From assembly GCA_017520675.1 (NCBI GenBank), contig JAFXFG010000006.1, positions 1 to 53,352 of the forward strand: DNA of 53,352 nucleotides, in the 5' to 3' direction. The position numbers were made by a program, and so were the translations under genes. The notes beneath the pieces are model-generated. The model searched no databases and was not told the DNA's origin. It was given only the letters and a program-made list of their open reading frames with translations. Positions 18,793 through 28,259 of the stretch are shown in pieces. This DNA is from Alphaproteobacteria bacterium. Lineage in GTDB: Bacteria > Pseudomonadota > Alphaproteobacteria > Rs-D84. Each line of letters opens with the position of its first letter. Position 1 is the first letter of the stretch.

Positions 18793-19458
18793 ATGGTTAA
18801 AATCTTAACAGAAAACAAAGCGATTAAGTCATATGTAAAAACAGGTATTGTTGCAGCCGTCGTTGTCGTTGTTGCTGCCTTGGGAATCTGGGGTATTTCT
18901 GCGATGCGTTCTGGCAACACATCATCTGTATCTGACGCAATTGCAGAGGTTGGCGATAAAGCCGTAACTGCTGGCGAATTGCGTTTTGCAGTGATTCGTA
19001 TGGATGCGATTCAGGCAGAATCTGCTGCATTAAAAGATTTGCGTGCACAGAAAGAAAAATATGAAAATAAATTGCGTGACGAATTGACCAAAGATCAAAA
19101 AGAACTTGAAAAAGAAAAGAAAGAAATCGAAGAATCACAAGATGTTCTTTCGCGTGAGGCTTTACAACGTCGTGTTGTTGAATATCAAGACAAGGTTACC
19201 AAACTGCAACGCGAATTGACAGAACGCGCACAATCAGTCGAAGCGTCCTATCAAAAGGCATTAAATGAATTGCAGACAAAACATCTTGATCCAATTATCG
19301 AAGGTGTTATCAACAAAAAGAATTTGTCTATGGTAATCGATGGTCGTATGGCGCGCATTGGTACAGGTGTTGAAAATTTAGATATTACAGACGAAGTTAT
19401 CAAAGCATTTGATAAGAAAATATCTAAAATCAAAATGGAAAAACCAAAAGGTTTCTAA
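18793..19458 (+). CDS. OmpH/Skp-family periplasmic chaperone
   Basis: FAVIRMDAI start, coiled coil, DITDEVIK end. Confidence 0.85.
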   Translation: MVKILTENKAIKSYVKTGIVAAVVVVVAALGIWGISAMRSGNTSSVSDAIAEVGDKAVTAGELRFAVIRMDAIQAESAALKDLRAQKEKYENKLRDELTKDQKELEKEKKEIEESQDVLSREALQRRVVEYQDKVTKLQRELTERAQSVEASYQKALNELQTKHLDPIIEGVINKKNLSMVIDGRMARIGTGVENLDITDEVIKAFDKKISKIKMEKPKGF

Positions 19459-19558
19459 GGAAATTCCCCCGATTGGGGGATTTTTTTTAGAAAAATTGCT
19501 TTATCTATTATGTATCTATGCCTTGAAAACTAAAAACTAATATTTTATACTGCATTAC

Positions 19559-20617
19559 ATGAAGATTTTAAAGCAATACTTTTCAAGGCAATTAATTGCG
19601 ATATTTATAATGCTGTTTTTGGTATTAACTGGCTTGGCATGGATGATGCAGATTATGTCAATGATGAAGTTTTTGCTTAAATACGGCATAGATGTTACGG
19701 ATTTTCTGGGGTTAACATCATTAATGATACCTTTTATTGCATCGATAATTGTTCCGTTTGTATGTTTTATTTCGGTTATATTTGTTTATAACAAGATGAT
19801 TGCAGACAATGAAATTACTGTTATGGCGGCCTCTGGTTTATCGCCATGGCAGATTGGTCGACCTGCCTTGCGTCTGGGTGTGTTGTTAACAGTTTTTAAC
19901 TTGTTATTAAGTGTATGGATTGTTCCGCGCACGCAGGCGCTGTTTTACGATATGCAGTGGAATTTGCAGTATGGCATGGCGCATATGAAACTGCAAGAGG
20001 GTGCATTTACAGAAATATCGAATGGTCTGGTTGTGTATGTTGAAAGTGTATCTGGTCATGACTTGGGACAGGTTATGTTATCTGATATGCGCGACGAAGA
20101 TAATATCAGTATGATATTTGCAGAAAAGGGCAAATTGATTTCTACGGTTCGTGGATTATCTTTGGCGATGACAAATGGTGCGTTGCAGTCATCTGGTTCT
20201 GCGATGGCATCTGGCACATTTGAAACATTTGATATGGATTTAAATGTTGTGGACAAGGGCGGAAACAGTTCGTTTCGTGTTCGTAGATTGCCGACCATGC
20301 AGTTGATGCGTGTTGCGTTTGATGCCGCGACCCAGCGTCAGCACAAGATGGTTTTGACAGAATTGTCCAATCGCTTTATAAGTCCAATTATGAATTTAGT
20401 TTTAGCGGCATTATGTGTTGCGATATTATTGCGTTCATCCTTGTTGCGTCGTCGTACAAGTTTTGCGCCAATGGTTGCTGTTGTATCAATGGCTGGTGTA
20501 ATGGCGTTATATATGTCTGCGTCTAATATGGTTAGTACATTAACGCAATTGGCATTATTGGCGATTGGTGTTATAGTGTTGCTGGTTGTGATATTAATGG
20601 TGTTGGCAAAGAAATGA
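19559..20617 (+). CDS. lptF: LptF/LptG-family LPS export permease
   Basis: DNEITVMAASGLS motif and 6-TM layout; upstream of lptD. Confidence 0.8.
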   Translation: MKILKQYFSRQLIAIFIMLFLVLTGLAWMMQIMSMMKFLLKYGIDVTDFLGLTSLMIPFIASIIVPFVCFISVIFVYNKMIADNEITVMAASGLSPWQIGRPALRLGVLLTVFNLLLSVWIVPRTQALFYDMQWNLQYGMAHMKLQEGAFTEISNGLVVYVESVSGHDLGQVMLSDMRDEDNISMIFAEKGKLISTVRGLSLAMTNGALQSSGSAMASGTFETFDMDLNVVDKGGNSSFRVRRLPTMQLMRVAFDAATQRQHKMVLTELSNRFISPIMNLVLAALCVAILLRSSLLRRRTSFAPMVAVVSMAGVMALYMSASNMVSTLTQLALLAIGVIVLLVVILMVLAKK

Positions 20618-22632
20618 AAAAAATAGCAGGTTCTTTTATTTTATTTAGCGTATTTTATTGTGCGTATGCATATTCGTTGTCAGTTGATTTGAACGAAGCG
20701 CGTACGATTGTTGCGCCACGCATAGAATATGATGTTAAGCAAGATACGATAAAAACCATTGGTCCGACTGAGATTACAAATACATCTGGTCAGCGCTTAA
20801 CATTAGTTGATTCGTATATATCCGAACGCGGGGAAGAGATTATTGGTGATGATGTAAAATTATGGCTTGGCGATCATGTTTATATTGAATCTGACAATGT
20901 TATTCGCGAAGGTGATTTGACTATTGCGCGCCATGCGACATTTACGGCATGTGATGATTGTGATTCGTTTGGTAATGCGTGGCAAATTTCCACTTACAAG
21001 ATTATACACAACGACGACACGCGTATGTTAAGGTTTTTTAGTGCTATTTTGCGTGCTTACGAGATACCGATATTATGGTGGCCTTATTTCGAGATGCCAG
21101 ACCCGCGTGTAAAATACAAGACTGGTTTTCTGATGCCTGATTTTGAATCCACAAACAAGATGGGGACTCAGATAAACATACCGTTTTATGTGTCTTTATC
21201 AGATACACATGATATGACATTTACTCTGTCGTATCTGACCAAGGAAAATCCATTATTTCAATTACAGCACCGGTTAAATGCTCCGCACTCAGAATTCAGA
21301 ACCCAGGGTTCATTTACGCACAATCGTGCTGGTGAAAATCGTTGGCATATTTTTAACGATGATGTAATAGAATTGGGTGAAAATGCGCGTGCAACGATAT
21401 TCCTTGAACGCACCTCTGACAAGACTTATTTACAAAAATATGGTTTTTATTCTGATCAGCCATATCTTGATTCTGGTGCCAAACTAGAAGTATTTGGTCA
21501 AAGCAGTTATATTATTGCGGATGCGCATATATTCCAAGAATTGCGCAGTGGCAATGGCTATTGGGCTGCCCCTGATGGTAATATATTGCCAAACATACGC
21601 GCTGTGCATCAAACTGCACCGATATTTGGCGAAACCTATGCGACCTTTGGTGCAGATGTTTTGGGGATTTCTGGGGACAATACATCTACCCAGCGAATGA
21701 TTGGTGATATAAGATTAACGACTCCTTGGACATTGTGGGGTGGCAATCGCCTAACGGCCAGTGTTTCTGCCCGATATGACCTGTATCACTTTGACAATAC
21801 TATGATGGTAGACGGCAGTGTATATTCAGGCTTCAAGAATCGTTTTTTACCCAGTGGCTATCTTGAATGGGGGTTGCCGATGTATCGTGTATCTGGCAAA
21901 TGGACCCAGATTCTAGAACCGCGTGCCAGAATAACAATGATGCGTCATATGGACGAAGAAGAGATGGCGTTGAACAACGATTCTGCTGGCACGATATTGA
22001 CGGACAGCACATTGTTTTCAACCAATCGTCTTTCTGGCTTAGATTTATGGGAAAATGGCACTTATGCAGACTATGGTGTGCGCTGGGCTGCATTCAGTCC
22101 TCGGGGCGATAATATAGAATTATTTTTAGGTCAGTCATATGATTTCACTGACCGACCATCGATTGATTTAAACAGTGGTTTTCATAATGGGCTATCTGAT
22201 TATGTTGGTCGTGTTAGTTATAACAATATGCGTGGTTTAAATATTGCGACTCGTTTTCGTCTTAATCAGCAGAATTTATCGTTAAATCATATGGAAACCA
22301 CCGCCAGCATAGGAATTGGCAAGAATTACTTTAACATTGGTCATATTTGGTCGCAGAATTTGGATACGGCCTTGGTTGACACGACCGATGTAAACGAAGC
22401 GATTATCGGCGCCAGCATCAGATTAAGCGAGCGTTGGCGACTGGGTTGGAATTCGGTATACAGTATGGAATATGGCCAATTTATGCGTCATGGCGGCGGT
22501 GTATATTATAATCATCCGTGTTATTATTTATCTGTTGAATACAAACATGACAACACGAACAAAGACGACTATGTTGGGGACACAACATTTCAATTCAAGT
22601 TTGGTATGGCGATAAACGGTCAGCGCTATTAA
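20614..22632 (+). CDS. lptD: LPS-assembly outer membrane protein LptD
   Basis: FTACD.C, PILWWPYF..PDP.VK.KTGFL.P, SDKTYL..Y, NRLSGLD.WE. Confidence 0.9.
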   Translation: MKKIAGSFILFSVFYCAYAYSLSVDLNEARTIVAPRIEYDVKQDTIKTIGPTEITNTSGQRLTLVDSYISERGEEIIGDDVKLWLGDHVYIESDNVIREGDLTIARHATFTACDDCDSFGNAWQISTYKIIHNDDTRMLRFFSAILRAYEIPILWWPYFEMPDPRVKYKTGFLMPDFESTNKMGTQINIPFYVSLSDTHDMTFTLSYLTKENPLFQLQHRLNAPHSEFRTQGSFTHNRAGENRWHIFNDDVIELGENARATIFLERTSDKTYLQKYGFYSDQPYLDSGAKLEVFGQSSYIIADAHIFQELRSGNGYWAAPDGNILPNIRAVHQTAPIFGETYATFGADVLGISGDNTSTQRMIGDIRLTTPWTLWGGNRLTASVSARYDLYHFDNTMMVDGSVYSGFKNRFLPSGYLEWGLPMYRVSGKWTQILEPRARITMMRHMDEEEMALNNDSAGTILTDSTLFSTNRLSGLDLWENGTYADYGVRWAAFSPRGDNIELFLGQSYDFTDRPSIDLNSGFHNGLSDYVGRVSYNNMRGLNIATRFRLNQQNLSLNHMETTASIGIGKNYFNIGHIWSQNLDTALVDTTDVNEAIIGASIRLSERWRLGWNSVYSMEYGQFMRHGGGVYYNHPCYYLSVEYKHDNTNKDDYVGDTTFQFKFGMAINGQRY

Positions 22633-22651
22633 TTATCAAATGGAGAAAAAG

Positions 22652-23479
22652 ATGAATATAAAAAAAATTGTGATTTTTGCATTTTTCATAATGTTTATAA
22701 ATCCTGTACAAAGTGCGACGATTGTTGCCAGCATAAATGGCACGCCGATAACTGATACAGATATAACTTCGCGCACAAAACTGATGGCGCGCCAAGGTCA
22801 AACATCAACTGACAATCGCCGAATTGCGTTACAAAATATAATTGACGACAATATCAAGATAGAATATGCCAAGAATTTCAATGCGATACCAGACGACAAA
22901 ACAATTGATACAGAATTAAAGAAATTAAAACTAGATGACATGTCTGTATCAGAACGTGAAATGGCGCGTAATGCCCTGCGGGCAGAGATTGCATGGCAAA
23001 TTATTGTTGGGCGTACTGTTTTGCCAACAGTCAGTGTTTCTGCCGATGATATTGCGACCGAACGTGCGGGTCTTGCGCGTGAACATGGTCTGCCGATAGA
23101 AATGACTTTGGTGCGTTTAACAGATGTTCCTGCGGAAATAGCATCAAAATTAACTGCGCCAAAATCATGTGATGATGCAATTGAAATGGCGCGTTCTTTT
23201 GGTGGCACTCCCCAGAAATTTACAGCGGTACAGTATGAATTATCGCCCGAGATTCGTAGTCGTGTTGCATCATTACCATTATTGACCTGGTCAAAACGCG
23301 AAGACGATTCGATATTACTGGTATGCAGCACCCGGAAAACAGACGAATACAAGAATCTGGACGAGATAATTCGTCAAAATGCCACATACAAACAGGCGAT
23401 GTTTCTGGCAAATCAGCAATTAAAACAACTAAGGCGCAAGGCTGTAATTGTGATTAACGACGACAGGTATAAATTATGA
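22652..23479 (+). CDS. surA: SurA-like periplasmic chaperone (N-domain, degenerate PPIase)
   Basis: IVASINGTPITDTDI and C-terminal LKQLRRKAVI; follows lptD. Confidence 0.75.
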   Translation: MNIKKIVIFAFFIMFINPVQSATIVASINGTPITDTDITSRTKLMARQGQTSTDNRRIALQNIIDDNIKIEYAKNFNAIPDDKTIDTELKKLKLDDMSVSEREMARNALRAEIAWQIIVGRTVLPTVSVSADDIATERAGLAREHGLPIEMTLVRLTDVPAEIASKLTAPKSCDDAIEMARSFGGTPQKFTAVQYELSPEIRSRVASLPLLTWSKREDDSILLVCSTRKTDEYKNLDEIIRQNATYKQAMFLANQQLKQLRRKAVIVINDDRYKL

Positions 23480-24573
23480 AACCGATATTATTTAACTTCA
23501 CAGATTCAGAACTAGAAAATTATATTGTACAAATGGGCCAGCCAAAATTTCGTGCGCGTCAGTTGCGCGAATGGCTAATGCGTGGCGCGCCAAATTTTTC
23601 TGTTATGAAGAATATCCCAGAAACCCTGCGTAATGATTTAGATGCCGTTGCCCAGACTTTGCCAACCAAGATTATAAAAAAACTTGAATCATCGGACGGC
23701 GAAACGACCAAGTTTTTATTGGAATTACCGGACGGGGAACAGATTGAATCTGTATTGATGCGCACGACATACGGCAACAGTGTCTGTGTCAGTTCTCAGG
23801 CGGGTTGTGCGATGGGGTGCAAATTTTGTGCCAGTACATTACTTGGCTTAAAGCGCAATTTATCATCGAACGAGATTTTATCTCAGGTCTTAACTGCCCA
23901 ATGGGAATTGCGCAGCGCCAGAAATTCTGCAAGCAACATTCGCCCAAATGGCGATGCGAATAATGGCGATGTATCACATATTGTCATAATGGGAACGGGC
24001 GAGCCTTTACAAAACACAGAAAATGTAATTGATTTTATAGAGCGTGCAAATTCCACCTTGGGCATATCATGGCGACGCATAACACTTTCTACCTGTGGGA
24101 TTGTTGATGGCATAGACCGTTTAATTGAATGGGGCCGTCCAATAAATCTTGCGATATCATTGCATGCGCCAACTGATGAATTGCGTTCCCAGATAATGCC
24201 GATAAACAACCGCTATTGTCTGTCTGATGTATTATCTGCCGCGTGGCGTTTTACAGACCTGCACAATCGCCAATTGATGATAGAATATATTTTACTGGGG
24301 CGCAAAGACGAAAACGGTGAAACATACTTGTATAATGCCACCCCTGAATATGCAGAAAAACTATCTGAATTATTATCAGGAAAAAATTGTATGGTTAATT
24401 TGATTCCATGGAACACCGTTGACGAGCGTGATTTTGCATCATTATCAGGTAATGCGGTTCACAGATTTCAAGACATTTTGATTAAGAACGGAATCCATAC
24501 CCGTATTCGTCGCGAACGTGGTACAGACATTGGTTCTGCTTGTGGTCAGTTGCGTCTGAACAATGCAAAATAA
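23476..24573 (+). CDS. rlmN: 23S rRNA m2A2503 methyltransferase RlmN
   Basis: Radical SAM motif CAMGCKFC, MGTGEP, SLHAP, ACGQL. Confidence 0.93.
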   Translation: MKPILFNFTDSELENYIVQMGQPKFRARQLREWLMRGAPNFSVMKNIPETLRNDLDAVAQTLPTKIIKKLESSDGETTKFLLELPDGEQIESVLMRTTYGNSVCVSSQAGCAMGCKFCASTLLGLKRNLSSNEILSQVLTAQWELRSARNSASNIRPNGDANNGDVSHIVIMGTGEPLQNTENVIDFIERANSTLGISWRRITLSTCGIVDGIDRLIEWGRPINLAISLHAPTDELRSQIMPINNRYCLSDVLSAAWRFTDLHNRQLMIEYILLGRKDENGETYLYNATPEYAEKLSELLSGKNCMVNLIPWNTVDERDFASLSGNAVHRFQDILIKNGIHTRIRRERGTDIGSACGQLRLNNAK

Positions 24574-24599
24574 GTTTAGGAAATAATTTACGCACACCG

Positions 24600-25568
24600 C
24601 TACATTTTATAAATTCGCAGGAACGAAACATTTGATGTGCCTGTACTGCCTGAACCGCCATCCCCACCATCGATTTTTATGTTGTATGTTGTGCCAGAAC
24701 GTATTGCACCACCGCCCCCACCACCGCCATATGCAGTTACGGTTTCGCCACCACAATTATAAGATATGTTTTTACCGCCTTTCCCGCCTGTTGCAGTTAC
24801 AAGTTCTGAACAATCAAAAGTTGTGCATGATGTAACATTGCCACCATCACCGCCAGAATCAGTTGAACCATCTTGTCCAATATTTCTTTCAACAATATCA
24901 GAATGTGATCCGCTATTAATCCCAACTTCTTTATTTGCTGGGATATTTGGTGCCCCGCCACCGCCTCCACCATTAACATAAATAGCACTGCTACTGCTAG
25001 CCCCATAAAAAACAGCCCTGGATGTTTGGGTTTGTGTAAAATTATTACCGCCACCGCCTGCGCCATAATCAATATTAGTGATTCCTGTTGCTGTGTTTTT
25101 AGAAGTTATTGCACAAATATTCCCAACGCCACCATTTGCGCGCCATACCTTGTCATTTACAACCAATATTGAATCCACACCCGATGCACCACCACCAAAT
25201 GCCCCCGTATAGTTACCAGATGAGTTTAAATTAACGCCGCCTGCATTTCCGTCCCCGCCACGCAGTGCATAAACAGTTGTGGCCTCTGATATGCTAAACA
25301 AGGCAGATATTGTTTTGACGAAATCTAAATCTACCGCTTCCAAGCAATATTCATTCATTGTGCCAACACCACCACGCAATTCTGCACGATAGCACCCAGG
25401 TTGCAAAACAATTTCATTACAGGTATTAAAATTAGTTGCTTCAAAAACTAATTCTTCACTGCCGGTCAGTACACATTGTCCTGCTGGCACATTATCAATT
25501 GCCTGATATATATCACCTGTTGTTGTTTTAAAAAATAAAGTTTGTAATAAAATTAACGGTACCAACAT
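24600..25568 (-). CDS. Glycine-rich adhesin-like protein, paralog 2
   Basis: ELRGG, YALRGGDG, GGGASGVDS, ANGG, YGGGGGGG and GGDGGSGSTGTSN blocks shared with the upstream paralog. Confidence 0.7.
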   Translation of the reverse strand: MLVPLILLQTLFFKTTTGDIYQAIDNVPAGQCVLTGSEELVFEATNFNTCNEIVLQPGCYRAELRGGVGTMNEYCLEAVDLDFVKTISALFSISEATTVYALRGGDGNAGGVNLNSSGNYTGAFGGGASGVDSILVVNDKVWRANGGVGNICAITSKNTATGITNIDYGAGGGGNNFTQTQTSRAVFYGASSSSAIYVNGGGGGGAPNIPANKEVGINSGSHSDIVERNIGQDGSTDSGGDGGNVTSCTTFDCSELVTATGGKGGKNISYNCGGETVTAYGGGGGGGAIRSGTTYNIKIDGGDGGSGSTGTSNVSFLRIYKM

Positions 25569-25572
25569 TGTA

Positions 25573-26526
25573 TTATCCTATTTTAAATATTTTAATAAAG
25601 CTGTCGTTTGATGTGCCTGTACTGCCTGAACCGCCATCCCCGCCATCAAAACAGTCTGTTCCACAATATGGGTCTGAATAACCGTCCTTGCAAAATTCAC
25701 TCCATGGATACATACAAATTCCACCACCGCCACCACCACCATATGAAATTGCTGTTTGTCCATTACAGTTAAATGTTGTGTTTGTCCCCCCACTACCACC
25801 GTACCCCGTATTTTTATTCATGGAATTTTCTTTGGTGTTTGTAATATCTGCACCGTTTTGTGCGATTGAATCTGCAGATGCGCCATTTCCACCATCAGCA
25901 CACTTGAAAAAAACTCCCGTTACCTTCGGACCATATTTCATGAACAACCCACTTGCAGAACCGGCCCCGCCATAACATGCTTTAGAAAGTGAAGAGTTGC
26001 CTGCGATTTGACCAAGTGCATTAATTCCATTCAAACTAAATCCTAAGCATCTGGTGCCAGTACCCCCGTTTGCACGAATTGTACGATTACCAACAACCAG
26101 TATTGAATCCACGCCCGACGCACCGCCACCTGGGATTTGATGAATGTTCACTGTTGCGCTATTGTTGCCATCTCCGCCACGCAGTGCATAAAGCGTTGTC
26201 GCTGTGTTTAATTTAAATATGTTTGATGTTATATCACCCAGTGCATTTTTTGTCCCTGTTCCCGAACTACATCGATATGGCTTCCCACCTGTGCCACCGC
26301 GCATTTCCACGCGATATATTCCCGCAGGCAATTCAAAACTTTGACAAGTGTTAATTGTATTTTCTTCATAAACCAGTGTTTCGGACGCGTCAAACACCCC
26401 ACCGCCCACAGGCATAACTGCAACATGATATATTTCCCCATCTGCATTTTTTATATGCAACGCAGGCGAAGTTAATTGTTGGGCATGCGCGACTATTTCA
26501 ATATCACCGATATGTAAAACTGGCAT
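25573..26526 (-). CDS. Glycine-rich adhesin-like protein, paralog 1
   Basis: Strong AGGAGG RBS. Same Gly-rich blocks, with Cys-rich variable loops. Confidence 0.75.
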   Translation of the reverse strand: MPVLHIGDIEIVAHAQQLTSPALHIKNADGEIYHVAVMPVGGGVFDASETLVYEENTINTCQSFELPAGIYRVEMRGGTGGKPYRCSSGTGTKNALGDITSNIFKLNTATTLYALRGGDGNNSATVNIHQIPGGGASGVDSILVVGNRTIRANGGTGTRCLGFSLNGINALGQIAGNSSLSKACYGGAGSASGLFMKYGPKVTGVFFKCADGGNGASADSIAQNGADITNTKENSMNKNTGYGGSGGTNTTFNCNGQTAISYGGGGGGGICMYPWSEFCKDGYSDPYCGTDCFDGGDGGSGSTGTSNDSFIKIFKIG

Positions 26527-26550
26527 TGTGTCCTCCTATATTTTGCAATT

Positions 26551-26790
26551 AAAAAACCGCAATGGAAATCATTTGCGGTCGGGGAGTTCACAAATCACCT
26601 AAAAGTCTGATTCCGCCAGCCTTCGGGAAACCCTGTTGTATAAACCGACGGCCCCCCGACCTTTTACGGCTGGTGGGGATACAATAAAAGACGCCTCCGC
26701 GTCTTTATTCTTCTGCGGATTCAGCACCGTTTTGCGATGCCGCTTTTAGGAGAGCTTGTGACAGCCCCGAACCAAATTCCCATCTGGTTC
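26551..26790 (-). ncRNA. C4-antisense-like RNA module A (a1b1 leader, cloverleaf 26578-26660, terminator)
   Basis: Closing stem GTCGGGG/CCCCGAC; P2 CCGTCGG/CTGGCGG; P3 AATCA/TGATT with loop CTTTTAGG complementary to upstream CCTAAAAG. TTGTGA is complementary to upstream TCACAA. Confidence 0.7.
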
Positions 26791-26798
26791 TGTTTCAA

Positions 26799-26828
26799 AC
26801 TATATCATATATCCTATTTTTTTGTAAA
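26799..26828 (-). promoter_or_regulatory. Sigma70-type promoter for module A
   Basis: TTTACA-18-TATAGT with a TG extended -10. Confidence 0.6.
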
Positions 26829-26855
26829 TATAAAATTTATCAACACACAAAGAAT

Positions 26856-26887
26856 AAAAAACACCGGCGGGGAAGAATGCCGGTGTT
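26856..26887 (-). terminator. Intrinsic terminator separating modules B and A
   Basis: Minus strand reads AACACCGGC-ATTCTTCCCC-GCCGGTGTT-TTTT. Confidence 0.75.
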
Positions 26888-26944
26888 CTTTTCTGTGTTT
26901 TGGCACAGAAACTGTCTATGTGAAAAAAATCACATTATTTATAG

Positions 26945-27190
26945 AAAAAACCGCCGCAGAAAAAAATGGCTGTCGGGGTGTTAGAAAAAACGTCAACAAT
27001 TCCGTTCCCGTCGGCCTTAGGGGACAACGCCCCCTGTTTTATAACCGACGGCACCCCGACAAAAGGGGTTAAGGGTACAAAAAATAGCGCCTCGCCGCGC
27101 CATCTATGCACGGATTTCCAGTATGATTTTTTCTCATACGGATTGTTGAAAGGCTTTTCTAAGGCCCCGAAAACGCATCCCTGCGAATTC
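26945..27190 (-). ncRNA. C4-antisense-like RNA module B (a1b1 leader, cloverleaf 26972-27060)
   Basis: GTCGGGGTG/CACCCCGAC; CCGTCGGTT/GGCCGACGG; GAACG/CGTTT with loop ATTGTTGA complementary to upstream TCAACAAT. TTTTCTAA is complementary to upstream TTAGAAAA. Confidence 0.7.
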
Positions 27191-27197
27191 AAGTCAA

Positions 27198-27226
27198 ATT
27201 ATAACATATGTTTGTACAGATTTCAA
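27198..27226 (-). promoter_or_regulatory. Sigma70-type promoter for module B
   Basis: TTGAAA-17-TATAAT with a TG extended -10. Confidence 0.75.
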
Positions 27227-27229
27227 GTG

Positions 27230-28258
27230 CTAAAATACTAAGCGCAACCCCGCAGATATAAATGGTGTTCGTGATGTAATCCCCCCTGAAATCCATCCGT
27301 CAACAAATTCGCTGTACTTGTATCTGAACGAAGCAACCACCATATGGTCGGCAAAGTCATTAATATTTTTTTGCCACACACCTGTATCTGAAAACATATA
27401 AGTCATTGAAACACTATATTTTAGCAAATCATAACTAACCCCTGTGCCAACGACAAAGCCATCAGAAACAGGTCCAATTGGATTTTTATCATAAATCACG
27501 CGTGCAGTCGTGCCCCAAATCCAACTGTTATATTGCAGGTTCATCCCCAGTGATGCCTGTGCGCGCCAATCTGCTGTAACCCCTGGGGTATAAACTTCGT
27601 TATCAAAATCGTCAGGATTTTTCATAAAAGACACGCCAACAGAATATGCTGTTTTAACCTTACCGCTTGAATTTTTAATTTTTAAACCGCCATCAATTGC
27701 CCAGTCATAGTTATCTGTTAATCCTGCAACAGATATTCCGTACTGTACACCAGAAACCGGCGCAGACGCGACATTTGCCCGCAAAGAATTACTGCGTCCT
27801 GATGTAAGTGTTGTGTCTGCGATAACAGGGCCATCTGGGATAATCTTTTCGTTGAACAGTGGTCTGTCATTAATGCGCAATCCGCCCACATCTGGCAATC
27901 CTAAGCCCAGTTTTCGTGCGATTGAATCTGTAAAACCAACCTCAATCCTGCCCAAAGATTTTGATTCGACAAACGCAAATGTTTCGCGTGAAAAGTTCCC
28001 TTTATCCAATGCTGCCTGATCCATTGCATACACCAGACCAAATTTATATTCTGTATTTGCGGCATATGTTATTTGTCCGCGCACACGCCAATCCCCGATA
28101 AACAGTGGTGATTCCAAGTCTGGTTCAATCATACCAACTGTACCATATCCGGTCAATTTAACGGAAATATTATTGTAATCAAATTGCAACGCGTGTGCGA
28201 ACTGTGGCAATACAGCACAAACCGCCACATATCCCAGTATTTTAATTGTTCTTTTCAT
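27230..28258 (-). CDS. Outer-membrane porin (alphaproteobacterial type)
   Basis: Signal peptide from MKRTIKIL (28258), FVESKSLGRIEVG strand pattern, C-terminal Phe (GLRLVF). Confidence 0.7.
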   Translation of the reverse strand: MKRTIKILGYVAVCAVLPQFAHALQFDYNNISVKLTGYGTVGMIEPDLESPLFIGDWRVRGQITYAANTEYKFGLVYAMDQAALDKGNFSRETFAFVESKSLGRIEVGFTDSIARKLGLGLPDVGGLRINDRPLFNEKIIPDGPVIADTTLTSGRSNSLRANVASAPVSGVQYGISVAGLTDNYDWAIDGGLKIKNSSGKVKTAYSVGVSFMKNPDDFDNEVYTPGVTADWRAQASLGMNLQYNSWIWGTTARVIYDKNPIGPVSDGFVVGTGVSYDLLKYSVSMTYMFSDTGVWQKNINDFADHMVVASFRYKYSEFVDGWISGGITSRTPFISAGLRLVF

Positions 28259-28259
28259 T

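Noticed and set aside
24600-26526. DGR template/variable repeat or shufflon
   Set aside because: No reverse transcriptase or invertase in the window, differences are not adenine-specific, and both genes are co-oriented.
26551-27190. Lysine or other metabolite riboswitch, tmRNA, RNase P or 6S RNA
   Set aside because: Their conserved motifs were not found. The copy-specific internal complementarity fits a C4-type antisense layout better.
26737-27241. ORFs 26737-27072, 26935-27192 and 26966-27241
   Set aside because: They overlap structured RNA and terminators, and have no RBS or protein-like features.
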